From Vicugna vicugna (Eukaryota), in the NCBI GenBank assembly GCA_013265495.1, contig MU060503.1:79639-143638 (forward strand): a stretch of 64,000 nucleotides of DNA, read 5' to 3'. This document shows positions 48,616 through 60,105 of this stretch, piece after piece. Below the pieces are notes generated by a model. The model saw only the letters and a program-made list of their open reading frames with translations. It was not told where the DNA came from and made no database searches. The translations under genes were made by a program, and so were the position numbers. The number at the start of each line of letters is the position of its first letter. The stretch's first letter is position 1.

Positions 48616-50854
48616 TACCCTCTGCCTCCTCAGAACCTGGGTGTCTCTGTTGGTCGGAAGGGCATTTGTGTTGGGGGTGGGGCAGGGCCAGGTAGAAGGT
48701 AGACGGCAGGTGGTGGGGAGACGAGATAAGAAGCAGATGCCTTTTCGATGACGTGGTCAGGGCCTCCTCCCCCGCAGGCTGAACAGTGGCCATTTGACCT
48801 CCCCATTGTTGTCTTATGGGTGAAAGAATCAGGAGACAGTTTCCAGACCAGAGCTCAGAGGGCACCTGGGATCTGCTGCTCCCTGCCTGTCACAGTAGAG
48901 CCAGGGGGCAGGGGTGTCCTTCTCCATCAAGCTGTCCCTGGCTGGCCTCGGCTTCTCCGCTGTGGCCGTCCCACCCACTGGTTTCCAGCCCATCACCCTC
49001 ATGATTTATGAAAAAAGACAAAGAGAACACAGTTCAGTTTGATTTGGTCCCCTTGGCGGCCCCAGGGGGTGGAGACTGCAGCTCTGGGTTACAGTGGGTC
49101 CTGGTGAATGGTGCCCTGCGCACGTGGGCACACCCGTGAGCGCCCCTCTGTTCCCAGCCCTGCGGTCGGGTACAGGCTGAGTCTCCTATGTCCTGTCATA
49201 GCCACAGGAGCCCCAGAGAAGCAGATCGTGTCTCACATGAGGCTTCATGCCTCTGTCACATGTCTAGGCCAGAGGAGGGGGCGGCAGCATCTTTAACTGG
49301 TCCCTTCCTCACTGCCCGCCGAGCCTGAGAGGGCAGGAAGAGGAGAACGCGCACCTGTATGCTACCTTGTTTCTAACGCTCTAAATTATTAAGGAGTGAG
49401 GACCCTGGGGTGTGAGCCGAGGCAGCTGGTTGCTCAATCCCGAAGGAGCCCTTCTAAGGTTTCCTCGGCACCCAGCCCAGAGTGCCACCCCAGAGAAGGA
49501 GCCACGCTGTGCAAAGCCTCCTTCGCCACTGCTGCTGTGCCTTGCCTTTTTTTTTAAACTCCCCCCATACGGCTTGATTTATTATGACTCCTATGCATTT
49601 CAGCAGCGGCGGCTTCATTTCAGAACTGGGTTAAGTAGCCCAGGGTTCAGAACGGAAAAGGTCAGAAGGGGGGCCGCGGGAAGGCGAGGGACACTTAATA
49701 CAGCGCGTTCCCACGCGTGCCTTTGTGGCCCAGGGTTCATGTGCATCCTCCCCCTGCAAGCGTGGTGCCGCCACGCAGACATCGTGGCTCCTCTGCCTTA
49801 CGAAAGAGAAGTTCAAAAACATGGTGTGTTGGCACGTTGCACCAGCTCCCCCGTGCTTCCTCTCCCTCCAGCCCCCACCGAAGACAGAGGAGAGCTGGTT
49901 GGAATGAGAGCACCACAGGCACAGCATGGCCAGAGGTCAGTTGAGCTTAAGAAGCATCTATTGAGCACCCTCTGTGTACGCAGGTGCAGATTGCTGGGGT
50001 GAGGCTTGAGGGAAAGGAGTGCCAAGAGGCTCAGAGCTCCCATTTGTCACTTCCCTCTGTCCCCCGGCCCTTTCTCTTATCCCACCTTTCCTGGCTGGCA
50101 CGCTTTCATGCACTCAGACCAGACGGTATAGGTTTACGAGGACCCCCGTCCCTGCCTTCTAGGAGCTTCTGGCTCTGCGAGCCCCCTCCTTGTTGTCAGG
50201 CGCCACATGACCCCAGAGGGCTTGCTTGCAACAGCCTGTTCCCTGGACTTTGTGTTTTCCCCGTCTGCTCTACCCTCCCAGCGCCTCCTGGCTCTGGCCC
50301 CAGCGCCAGCCCCTGTCTGCCCCTGCAAACACAAGTCAGCTGTGTGTGCAGACAAAGCCATGCGTCGCAGTGGGGGCCGGGCCTGCAGAAGGGACATTTC
50401 CAGGGAACTCTGGGGGCGGCGGCTGGGAGGGCAGAGGCGACTGTCTGATAGCAGGGACTCGGCGTCACCGTCTAGGGGACTTGGCCAGGCCCCAGGGGCC
50501 AGTGGCTGTGGGTGGTGACTGGGAGAGGCAGCCAGGCTGGAAGAAATCTGCTGTGTGAGAAGTGTAGGAAGCGGGCTGGAGCGGAGAGATAACAGCCCGG
50601 CCTCTGTGTGTCTGTGTGCGTCTGCGTCTGCCGGCAAGGGTGGCTGGAGCCAGGCGGTCTGAGGCCGTATCTAGTGAGATTTTTGTCCTGGGTTGTGAAA
50701 GTGACCTATGGAGCCAGCAGCAGGGTTCAGGGCCTGGGAGAGAAGACATGTGGCCCTGCCCTCCCCTCCCCCTTGTCTTGTGTTCCTGTCAGTGTTCCTC
50801 CGTCCCCTCTTGCCAAGAGTAGGAGAGGGGGAGGGGTGTAGCCAGAGGGAACAT

Positions 50855-51070
50855 TCTTGGTGCAGTGCAAATAGTTCAAGGCCTGGGTTCCAGTCTCGAT
50901 TGTATCAGCAATTTGACGTACGAACTTGGATACGTCCCTTCATATTTCTGGCTCTCAGTCTTGTCGGCTGTAAAATGGGGATTATTTATATCTGTTCCGC
51001 ACATCGTGCAGGGTAGTTAGAAAGCTCTTATGAAATAAGGACGTGAAAATAGTCTGTAAATTGTAAAGTG
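50855..51070 (+). mobile_element. MIR SINE
   Basis: ctctcagtcttgtcggctgtaaaatggggattat...atgaaataaggacgtgaaaatagtctgtaaattgtaaagtgc. Confidence 0.7.
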
Positions 51071-54000
51071 CCACATAAATTAAAGGAGTTGGATGGTAAG
51101 ACTGCTCTGTGAAAGCTGGGGATGCTGGAGGAAGACCGGGCTAGAGGAACCTGGCAGGGAGCCGCAGGGAAGAGAGGGGCTGGGGGGAAGGAGGGCGGAG
51201 GAAGGGGGCAGGGACTGTAGGTCATGGCCTCCCCAAGAGTGGACCCCATGAGAAGCAGACCTGGGGTGGGAAGGGGGCAGCAGAGGCTCCCTGTGGTAGA
51301 GGTGTTGGTCACAGATCTGTCAAGTAGAAGGTGGCCTGTGCTGGGCACACGGTTCCCCTAGGAGACAGGGAGAGGGGTGATGCCCTCACCACCAGGGCTC
51401 AGGGCACTTGCCTGGCCTGGAGATTGTGAAGGGACGAGGGGGATCTTTGCTTTCCTTTCCTAACCGCCACTGCCCACGGAAGCCAGGTTACCCGGCCCCC
51501 TCACCCCCTCCCCACCCTGACCTGGAAATCAGCCATCTCTGGTGTGGAAAGTGCAAGGAGCTGCCGGGGCTGGCAGGGCTGCTAGGCTGACAGAAGCTGA
51601 GCTATTTAAAGCGTGCAGCGCCCCGGGGGCATGAACACCACCCACCCCCAAGGCCCTCTCAGCGTTCAACTTTCCCCACCTTGGCCCGGATCCCAGGCCC
51701 TCGGAACACCCAAAGGGCCACAGGTCAGATGCCAGGGGCTCTGGGAAGCTGCAGGCTGGCTGGGGAGGGTGGCTCCACCTCACCTCGGGCATGGGCTCCC
51801 TCCCTGGGGCCTCTGGGCTGAGCTGGCAGGGCCACACAGACTGCTTGGCTCCCTGTGCCTTATAAAGGGGGCCGGGGACGCGAGGGGAGCTTAGAGGAGG
51901 AATGCCCGGCGCCTGTGGCCCCAGGGCAGCTGCTGCCGCCCCCCCCCACACTCCGTTGGCTAACACGCTACCTGATTTGGGGAACCAGAGCCAGCTGGGG
52001 ACAGGACTGGGAAGCGGGGAGCTTTTCTGGGTACACCCTCCTTCCCTACCCGGCCGCCTTCCCAGCACACCCCAGATGACAAAGGGTTCCCTGCTGTTTT
52101 CCCAGCTGACTTGTACCTGCCCTGTGTCCTAACCCCTTAGCGAGTGCTGCGCGGTGCTGCCCCTGCTCTCCCAGGTCTGAAAGGCCAGTCAGTGCCTCAG
52201 CTGGAAGAGGGTCTGGAAGGAGGCCCGTCAGACACAAGGACCGCACAGGTCCCTGCACGCGGACCCGCTGAGAGGGCCTTAGCTCAGCGCCTCCTGGGCG
52301 CCTGGTCTACCCGGTGAGCGGCACCAGCGTGCTTTATGGATGGCGTGATTTGGGCAGCTGCCAGCTGCCCTGTCCGGGAAGGACTGGCCGTTATTCTGAG
52401 ACTGCATCCTTCCTACTATCTTGGCATTAAACTGTCCTTTCTTTTACGAAATGATGGATGAAAGCTTTTTTAAAAAAACATCCTTAGCAAAATAAAACAT
52501 TGGCAACCCTCATATTTCACAGGTCCAGGAAATCTTGGAGCACAGGCCCGGCGCCCTGGTTGATGTCCAGAGCAGCGCGGTCCACCTGCGCATCCGGCTC
52601 CCGGGGCCTGGGGGGCCCACGCCGGCAAGGCCCGCGGGGTGGGAGGAGTTGACGAGTGAGTGGAGTGGAGCGCAGCGTGCGGAGTGGGGACAGGGCACTC
52701 CTGAACCTGGGGCTGAGCGTCTCAGCCTGACACTGACTTGTGGCTTCACAAGTTGGGTCTCCAGCCCAGCCCAGCCCTCCCGTTCTGTTCTGTTGGCTGG
52801 AGATGCTTCCTCCCACTCCACGGGAATTCAGTGTCCCAGCTGCCCGCCCACCACAGGCTGCCTTCAGTTGACACTTGCCCTCTTGAAGGTTGACCTCAGT
52901 CACCAGATCAGCACACACTCCAAGCTGCCTGACCCCCACTTGCTCGTGTACGCTGGCTCGTGCTCTCTCTCTGTCTCTCACTCTCTCTCCTGCATCCTCT
53001 GATCATCTTACATTGCTCCATGTACAGACTGGCTGGTGGCCTTTTCTACAGAGTTTCATTCATTTATTAACTGAGCACCTGCTACGTGCCAGGCAGCGTG
53101 TTAGTGTGGAAAAGGAAGAGATTCTTTGCCACTGTTGGGTTCATCATAATCTTACCCTCTGCACAGATAAACCAGGAGCCGCCAACCAGTCTGAGTGCTG
53201 TACCAGAGGCCTCCACAGGCCACCTGAGCATCCAGGGAGGAGGAACTCACGTGGGAAGCACTAGAGGCTGGCGCTCAGAGAAAGGGGTACTCAGTGGCCG
53301 GGCAGGGGCTCCCAGGTGAGGAAGTGTGTAGAGGGGCATTTTCTAGACAAACACGTGAGCACGAGTAAACGTGAGGAGAGCATCGCGTGCAGGGGAAAGG
53401 AGGTGGTGCTAGTGGATGGAGGTCCGCACTGGGGGCAGTGGGTGTGGAACGTAAAAAAGCAAGAAAAAGGGACTTGGCTTCTTTCCCACCCGTAAGCCTG
53501 CAGGAACCCGTTCGTCTAACCTGTGTCCTCCTGGAGAGCTCCGGGTGCTTGGGCAGAGCGAGCACATGTGTGATGCACGTGAGCACACTCGCACGCACGT
53601 GATCAGGGAAAGGCACACGCTCATCCTCACGCGCGGAAATGCTCACCTCCAGTGCCTCCCACCCTGCCTGATCCACAGACGCCAAAGAGTCTAGCCCTCA
53701 GCCCTCAGCCGCTTGCTGCACATGTGAGCATCAGATTTTCCACTCTGGGTCATTTTGCCTTCGGTTCCTTGCTTTAGGCAAAACCAGACACTGGGGTAGG
53801 TGATTCCTTTTTGTCTTTTCTTTCCTTCATTTTGCTGCCTCCTTCCTTTCATTTTTCCTCCCTCCCTTCTTCCCCTCTTTCTGTTCTTAAAAAAACTCAC
53901 AGAAAGGTAGAAGGAGCTCATAGGCTATTGGTATTTCTCATTCTTACAGGGCTCCAAACCTGAACTCAGCTATGGTTGCTTTAAGTAACTAAAACACTAG

Positions 54001-54419
54001 AAAAGTAATTTGAAAAAACAGAACCTTACTTGGGATGCCCTCTCATGAAGCAGTCGAGGGCCTCGAGGGGTCCTGAAGCCCCACCACTGCTGCCTGCACT
54101 CCCGGGGGCTCCTGGCACCTCCAGGCTCGGGGGGGACTCCACCCCCCACCATGCACACATCCACCACCTGCAGAAGCCCGCCCCCCTGCAGCTAGTGCAC
54201 GTTTCCCCTGAAATAGGCCAGGAGCCTGGTCCAGTCGTAAGGCCATCAAAGGGAGTAAAAGGCTCTCAAAGGCAAGGGGCTCCGGAGACCAAACCCGGGG
54301 GGAGGGGGGGAGATTCTTAGGAGACTACCTGGGGCTCAGAGCCGGCTGCGGTTCGTGGGCTTTGCCATGAACCAGCTGTGCCCTCGGGGTCAGCAACAAC
54401 AACAGCTGCCCTGCCCTTG

Positions 54420-54590
54420 AACAAGTGTCTGCTGTGCACCTTGGCCGCACCCGGGAGCTCTGGACATGCCAGGACCCGGGCGGCACCCCAGACCAACTGA
54501 ATCACCGTCTCTGGGGCTGGCGCCCAGGCACCAGCATTGTTCAGAGTTCCCCAGGTGAGTCCAACACGCAGTCAAGGCTGAGAACCATTG
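54420..54590. mobile_element. MER5B-like hAT MITE
   Basis: accccagaccaactgaatcaccgtctctggggctggcgcccaggc...ttccccaggtgagtccaacacgcagtcaaggctgagaaccattg. Confidence 0.8.
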
Positions 54591-55024
54591 CCCCAGGCGG
54601 AGCACTCAGGAGCTGTGGGTTAAGCTCAGTCTCACAGCCACCTGCCAGGGTTTATGAATAAAGAAGCTGAAGCTCAGAGAGTTTCAATAACTTGTCCATG
54701 ATCCTTGAGGCCCTCCCTTGTCCTAAAGCCCACTGCTTCTCCTCCTTTGCAGGGCTGGGTATACCTATGCAGACAGCCACCACACAGCACAGGGAGGGGA
54801 CAGAGGGAGGGAATAAGCGGGTGAGTGAGGGAGTTGATGTAGGCCAGAGGTGGGGGAGTGTCTGGTGTCTGGGCCGGGGCTGCAAGCCTACAGTTTCTCA
54901 CCAGTTCCCTCCCAGGGCAGAACTGACCCCCGATATTGGGAACTGGAGGGCCATCTGTCTCTGCTTGAACCTAAGCCTCAGTCAGCAGGTAATTGCAGGG
55001 CCTCCCGGGCCCGGCAGTGCGCAG

Positions 55025-55262
55025 TATAAGAGCCCGGCTGGACTCAGGAGCTGCCTTCTGGCCCCAGTTCAAATCCCAGCTCCAGCAACTGCGGACAAGT
55101 GACCTGATCCTTCTGTCTGTTTCCTCATCTGCATGCTGGGGGTGATGCTAGCGTTGTTAGGAGAATTAAATGAGACACTGCAGGTGAGGATTGAAAGCAG
55201 TGCCTGGCGCGGAGTAAACACTCCATGAATCCCAGCTGTGCTAAGGGTTACTGCTGTCATTA
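55025..55262 (+). mobile_element. MIR SINE
   Basis: ttcaaatcccagctcc...tctgtttcctcatctgcatgctggggg...gagaattaaatgag...gcagtgcctggcgcggagtaaacactc. Confidence 0.8.
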
Positions 55263-56213
55263 TGTAATTTGCCAGTGCTGAGCAGACACTGGACGGGACG
55301 GGGGCCTGAGTCAGTGCGAGGCGCCATCCTAGGTCAGTGTTTCTCCTTTGACCTTACCTACTCTTAGCTAGAAGCTCAGAATTCCTGGGGCCCAGAGTCC
55401 AAACCTGGCAATCTGAAGGCAGAGAAGGACCCAGCCCAGCCGTCTTCCCTCCTCTGCCTCACCCCAGCCCAGCCCAAGGGGCCTTTCTCCTCTCTCCACC
55501 ACAGTCATAGCCACCTCCACCCTGGAACTACTGACTCCATAAAAGCCTTCTGCTTGGAGGCAGGGCGCGGACTGGATGACCTGGAGTCTCTTCTGTCCCC
55601 ACACCGCAGTAAATCTCCCTTCTCTCACCCTGTCACTCAGTCTGTGTCCTGCTGAGGAACCACAGCCCATCCATATGGTTCAGCCAGCCGCCTGGGAGGG
55701 GCCCTGGGGATGGGACTTTGTTTGGGGGCCTCCAGACCATTGAGGCAGAGGCAGGGGTCAGGGCAACAGCAGGGCCTTTCACAGGCTCTCTGGGAGCAGC
55801 TGTGAGGGGGCGCCGGCAGGAGACAGATGACCGAGATCCACCCTCGCCCTGACTGTTCACAGGGGATGGGCAGAGGAGGGGGGCCAAGCCAGGATGGACT
55901 GTGGCCACAGTGGTTCACATCTTGAGTATCAAAAGGAAGGAAGGAAAGAAGGGAAAGAGGGAAGGGACCCATATCTCTCAGAAAAGCTAGGCTGTGAGGC
56001 CTAGTAGTTCTCTATCGGCAGGTTGGTTTCCTACTCCGGGCCGTGCAGCACAGCTCTAGCCTTAGCTGCCTCCACTCAGGGCTCCTTAAACACAGCAGCT
56101 CCCAAAGCAGGGCTTGTACCAGGGGACCGTTATAAGCCCCAATTCTCATCTCCTCTCATGCTGAGTTTTCTCCCTCCCAGGAAGGAAGAAGGGGCAGGGT
56201 GTGTGGGGGTGTC

Positions 56214-56260
56214 TGTGTGTGCGTGCGTGCATGTGCATGCACGCACGCACATGCACGTGT
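56214..56260. repeat. 47-nt alternating purine-pyrimidine tract containing a 15-bp perfect inverted repeat
   Basis: tgtgcgtgcgtgcat-gtgc-atgcacgcacgcaca. Confidence 0.95.
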
Positions 56261-57789
56261 CTGTGTCTGTGTTTCCACATTACGTGTTCCATCTCCCAGG
56301 CAGCATGTGTCTGGCTACACACTGACTGTCTGCTTTTCTTCCGAAGGACGGTTTGCAGTTAAGATGAAGGGCTCCTGGCTAGAAATGGTATTTCCTTTGC
56401 CCTCACCCCAGCTCCCTCTGCCGTCTCCCACTCCCTGCACACTTCCCTGGGCCCTGTGAAGGGAATTGGCAAAGCAGAAAGGCAGGGAAGCTGAGGGCTG
56501 GGAGGCCCGGCAGCTCTCACTGTGCATTTGGGTATCTGTCTTCATCACCTCTCCCGCTCTCATCACCAGGAGGTGAGGGTGGGGCCAGACACTTGTGCCC
56601 ATGAGATGCTGCTCTGGGAAAGCAGCTCTTTTAACCTTGAGCCACGAACTCCTCCTTTGCAAAATTTCCGAGTGATAACTCCTACGGGGAACAACTGTAT
56701 GGCTGACCTTCTGACTTTTAGGTTGGGGGAGGAGAAACCTGAGTTTTTAATTTTTGTTGCTTTCCAGGAGGAAGGTCAGAAAAATTGGGGATCTGCTTAG
56801 GGACTAGGGTCCCCTGGCTTTGCAGACAGAGCCTCACTCTGAGGACCTCATGCATAAAGCATGTCCTTGAGGAGGGACAGACACCAGCGCTTCAGCCGGG
56901 GTGCAGGATGCTGAGTTCTAGGTTCTGCTCTGCCCCATACTCTTAAGAGGACTCTGGGTGAGCTGTCACTCCTCCCTGGCCTCAGTGTCCTTGCCTGTAA
57001 ATCAACGTCATTGCCAGTAGTGAGTCCTGGAATTGTGTTCCTCCCATTTCCGTAAGAATCCCAGAACCACACCTGGAGCCCTTTCCCCCCACCTGCCTGC
57101 ACACCTGCCATTCAGTGACTCCACTGTTTGGAAGGATTCACACCAGGAAGGAGGTCAGGGGAGCAGTGGGAATGGCCTTTGTAGATAAGATTCCTGAGCC
57201 TGGGAGAGGCGGAGATGTGACTGTGATAGGGACAGAACACAGGCCTCATCACCGTCACCATAAATCCCAGAACAGTGAGACTTGGGGTTCGCCCTTGGAC
57301 AGGTCACTATTGGAAAAATAAAAGGAAGCGTTTGTGTTATTGCACAGGGTTGGAGGTGAACTCGTCATCTCCCAGGAGGTACAGACTCAAAGTGGACATG
57401 GCTGCTAGGAAGGCTGAAATAAACGCAGGCATGATGACTTCAGGGTGGGCCGTAAAGGAGCCTGGGTAGTGATGCCAAAAGAGCCCCCTGCCTCTCACAG
57501 CAGGCCCTTCAGCCTGGGAGACCCTGGGAAGGCTCAGGAGGACATGGGCTGTGCTGAGCACGGGGGAGGTGGCAGAAAGTGGGGGTGGGCACTCAGGGGT
57601 GGGAGGGTGGGTGGGGTGTCTCTGGGCTGCAGACCATCATCCTCCCTCAGCAGAGTCACCCTGAGCCTTGCCTCCATCACTTCTGCAGCCCCCTCCTTAG
57701 CAGGGACTACTGAACCACTGGGAAGCCTCAGATCATTTTCTTTCAGTTTGGGGATATATTAGCTGCTTTTTAGAGTCCTGTAATGTGAT

Positions 57790-58025
57790 AGGTGATAGCA
57801 TGGAGGAGGGAGTCCAACAGGCCTGGCTTGAAATCCCAATTCTGTCCTTTACTAATTGTGTGATCTTGGATGAGTTTCTGAATCTCTCTAAGCCTCAATT
57901 TCCTTGCTGGTAAGGTGGGGATGATAATAATACTCTGTAGAGTTGCTGCAGGGATTAACTGAGGCAATATTTATAAAGGGCTGAGTGTAGTTCTGGCCCT
58001 TGGTACCTGCTCATAATGCTGGCAA
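57790..58025 (+). mobile_element. MIR SINE
   Basis: gcctggcttgaaatcccaattctg...tgtgtgatcttggatgagtttctgaatctctctaagcctcaatttcc. Confidence 0.85.
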
Positions 58026-58129
58026 TGACGCATCTGGACTTTGCTTCAGATAATAGTGAAAGGAGTTTGTGTTTCCATTTGATTTATCTCATGTGCATTA
58101 ATACCATGGGTCTAGCCCCATGTGAAGCT

Positions 58130-58400
58130 CTGGGGGGATACAAGCAAGTATAAATCAAGGACATACCATGTCCATGGATCAGAAGACTCAATATTGTTAA
58201 AATGTCAATTCTTTGCAAATTGATCCCTAGATTTAACACAGTCCACATGAAAATCCCAGCAGGCTTTTTGGTAGAAACTGACAAGCTGATTCTTGAATGT
58301 ATCTGGAGTCACAAAGAACCGATTCTATCCAAAGGGGTCTTGAAAAGGACCAGTGAAGTTGGAAGGATATTCTACCGTCAAGAGGCTTAAAGCTCTGTTG
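58130..58400 (+). mobile_element. L1 ORF2 internal fragment
   Basis: Translates as MSILCKLIPRFNTVHMKIPAGFLVETDKLILECIW, matching the L1 ORF2p motif [35 protein letters not shown]. Confidence 0.9.
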
Positions 58401-58439
58401 GGAAGACTAGACGTTCTAGCAAGAGACTCACAGGAGTTC

Positions 58440-58635
58440 AGGGCAGTGGTTGAGAGTTTAGATAGAGCCTGTCTCTGGGCGTCCATTGTCAGCTTTGCCA
58501 CTACAAGCTCATGACCCCGGGGAAGGATACTTTTAACCTCCCTGTGGCCTGGATTTCTCTTCTGTTAATGGGGATGATCACAGTGCAGCTCCCATGGGGC
58601 TGTTGTAAGGTTAAATGTAAAGGTATATTACGCCA
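58440..58635 (+). mobile_element. MIR SINE
   Basis: ttttaacctccctgtggcctggatttctcttctgttaatggggatgat...gggctgttgtaaggttaaatg. Confidence 0.65.
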
Positions 58636-59994
58636 TTAGAAGATCAAAATCAGTCTTGTTGCTTGGGTTGAGTTAGAACTCCTCATTGTGGGGAAAATAA
58701 GGCACGTATACACGTGGCTGTATCTGGTGAGGACCCTGGGACTGGGACAGTCAGTGATGCTCCAAGGGATTCGGAGGGTGAGAAAGTCTTCAGCTGGGTT
58801 GGCAGCAGGCTGTGCAATGAAAAAGCAGAACCGGGTGTAGTTTGCAATTGTGGAACTCCTTCGTCACCCAGGGCTGTCTCCTAGACGTCTGGGGGTGGGG
58901 GAGGGCAGACCTGGAATGGGGGCAGTTCCTGCCCCAAGGCTCTCAGGGTCCTGTGGAAGAAGGGAGCCTTGAAGAGTGAGCCACCTTTCCCAGAGGATGT
59001 CACACTGAAGCTGAGGACCTGCAGCTGGGAGTCCAGCCCCTCCTTTTCCAAGACCCAGACTGGGGAAGTAGCTTGCCCAGGGTCACTTGGCCGGAGGTTA
59101 AATATAGAGGAAATTTCAAGCAGACGGGGAGTGTGGACAGAGGTCTCATGACAAGGAACTGCGAAGGTGTTGCTCATGGCCTTAGGAAAGAAGGCTGCTT
59201 CTGGAACTCTGAGTTCAAGGTGGGTGTTGTGGGGAAGAGACGACCCTTAGGCTTCAGTCACCAAGGGGCAGGCTGCCAAGTCCAACAGGACACCCCCACA
59301 GAGCCCTGGCCCTGGCCCAGCTCAACCACCCCTCCCACCCCCCGGATACATGCACCCCACCAGGCCCGGAGACGTTTCCTGAAAGACTGAGAAAGCCCCG
59401 GGAGCTGGAGGGGCCGCCCGGGGCGCGGGGCCAGGTCTCCCCCGGAGAGGCCGGCGTGCAAGGGGAGGACGTGACGGGCAGCTCTGCTTCTCAAGGGCCC
59501 GGGATTTCAGAGGAATGCAGCCAACTCTGGCTCTGAAGTTCCCACTCCAGACCCCGCCCGGCGGGAGCCACGGGCGCCTCCAGCCACCACCCTGGAAGTC
59601 AGAGGCACGTCACAGTCCTCATCTTTGTGGAGGTAAACGTCTTCCCGGTGGCTTTGTGGGCTGGCCCACCTCCTGGTGTCCTCAGTGTACCTTCTTCTGC
59701 TGCAGGGCCTGGCACCCTCGCTAGCCAGCTTCCTCCAGTCTCTGTTCCCCTGGGACCCTACATCTGTCAACCCGCACACATCATCTGTCTTGTCTCCCGG
59801 AACAGGCCTCCTAGGGGTGTCACATATGTGTCTCTGAGGTCATAAGCCGACCTGGGGGAGGGAGGGGAGCGCCGTACAAACCCTGCACGATGACTGAAGC
59901 CAGGAGAGCAGGTGACACCAGGCTGAAGCATGGACACCTGTCTTCGGGTAACTCCGCGGGTATCTGCCTCACTGGCCAGTCAGACTGTGCGTGC

Positions 59995-60105
59995 CACAGC
60001 CTGGACCAATGAGGAAACTGAGGCCAGAGAGGTGTGAGGATGTGCTCAAGGCCGTACAGTGAGTCAGAGGCAGAGCTGGGTCTAGGATCTAGGTCTCAGC
60101 CCAGT
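59995..60105 (-). mobile_element. MIR SINE
   Basis: atgaggaaactgaggccagagaggtgtgaggatgtgctcaaggccgtacag. Confidence 0.75.

Noticed and set aside
51858-51868. CArG-like ccttataaagg (inverted copy at 12189-12199)
   Set aside because: Seven A/T between CC and GG, not the canonical six
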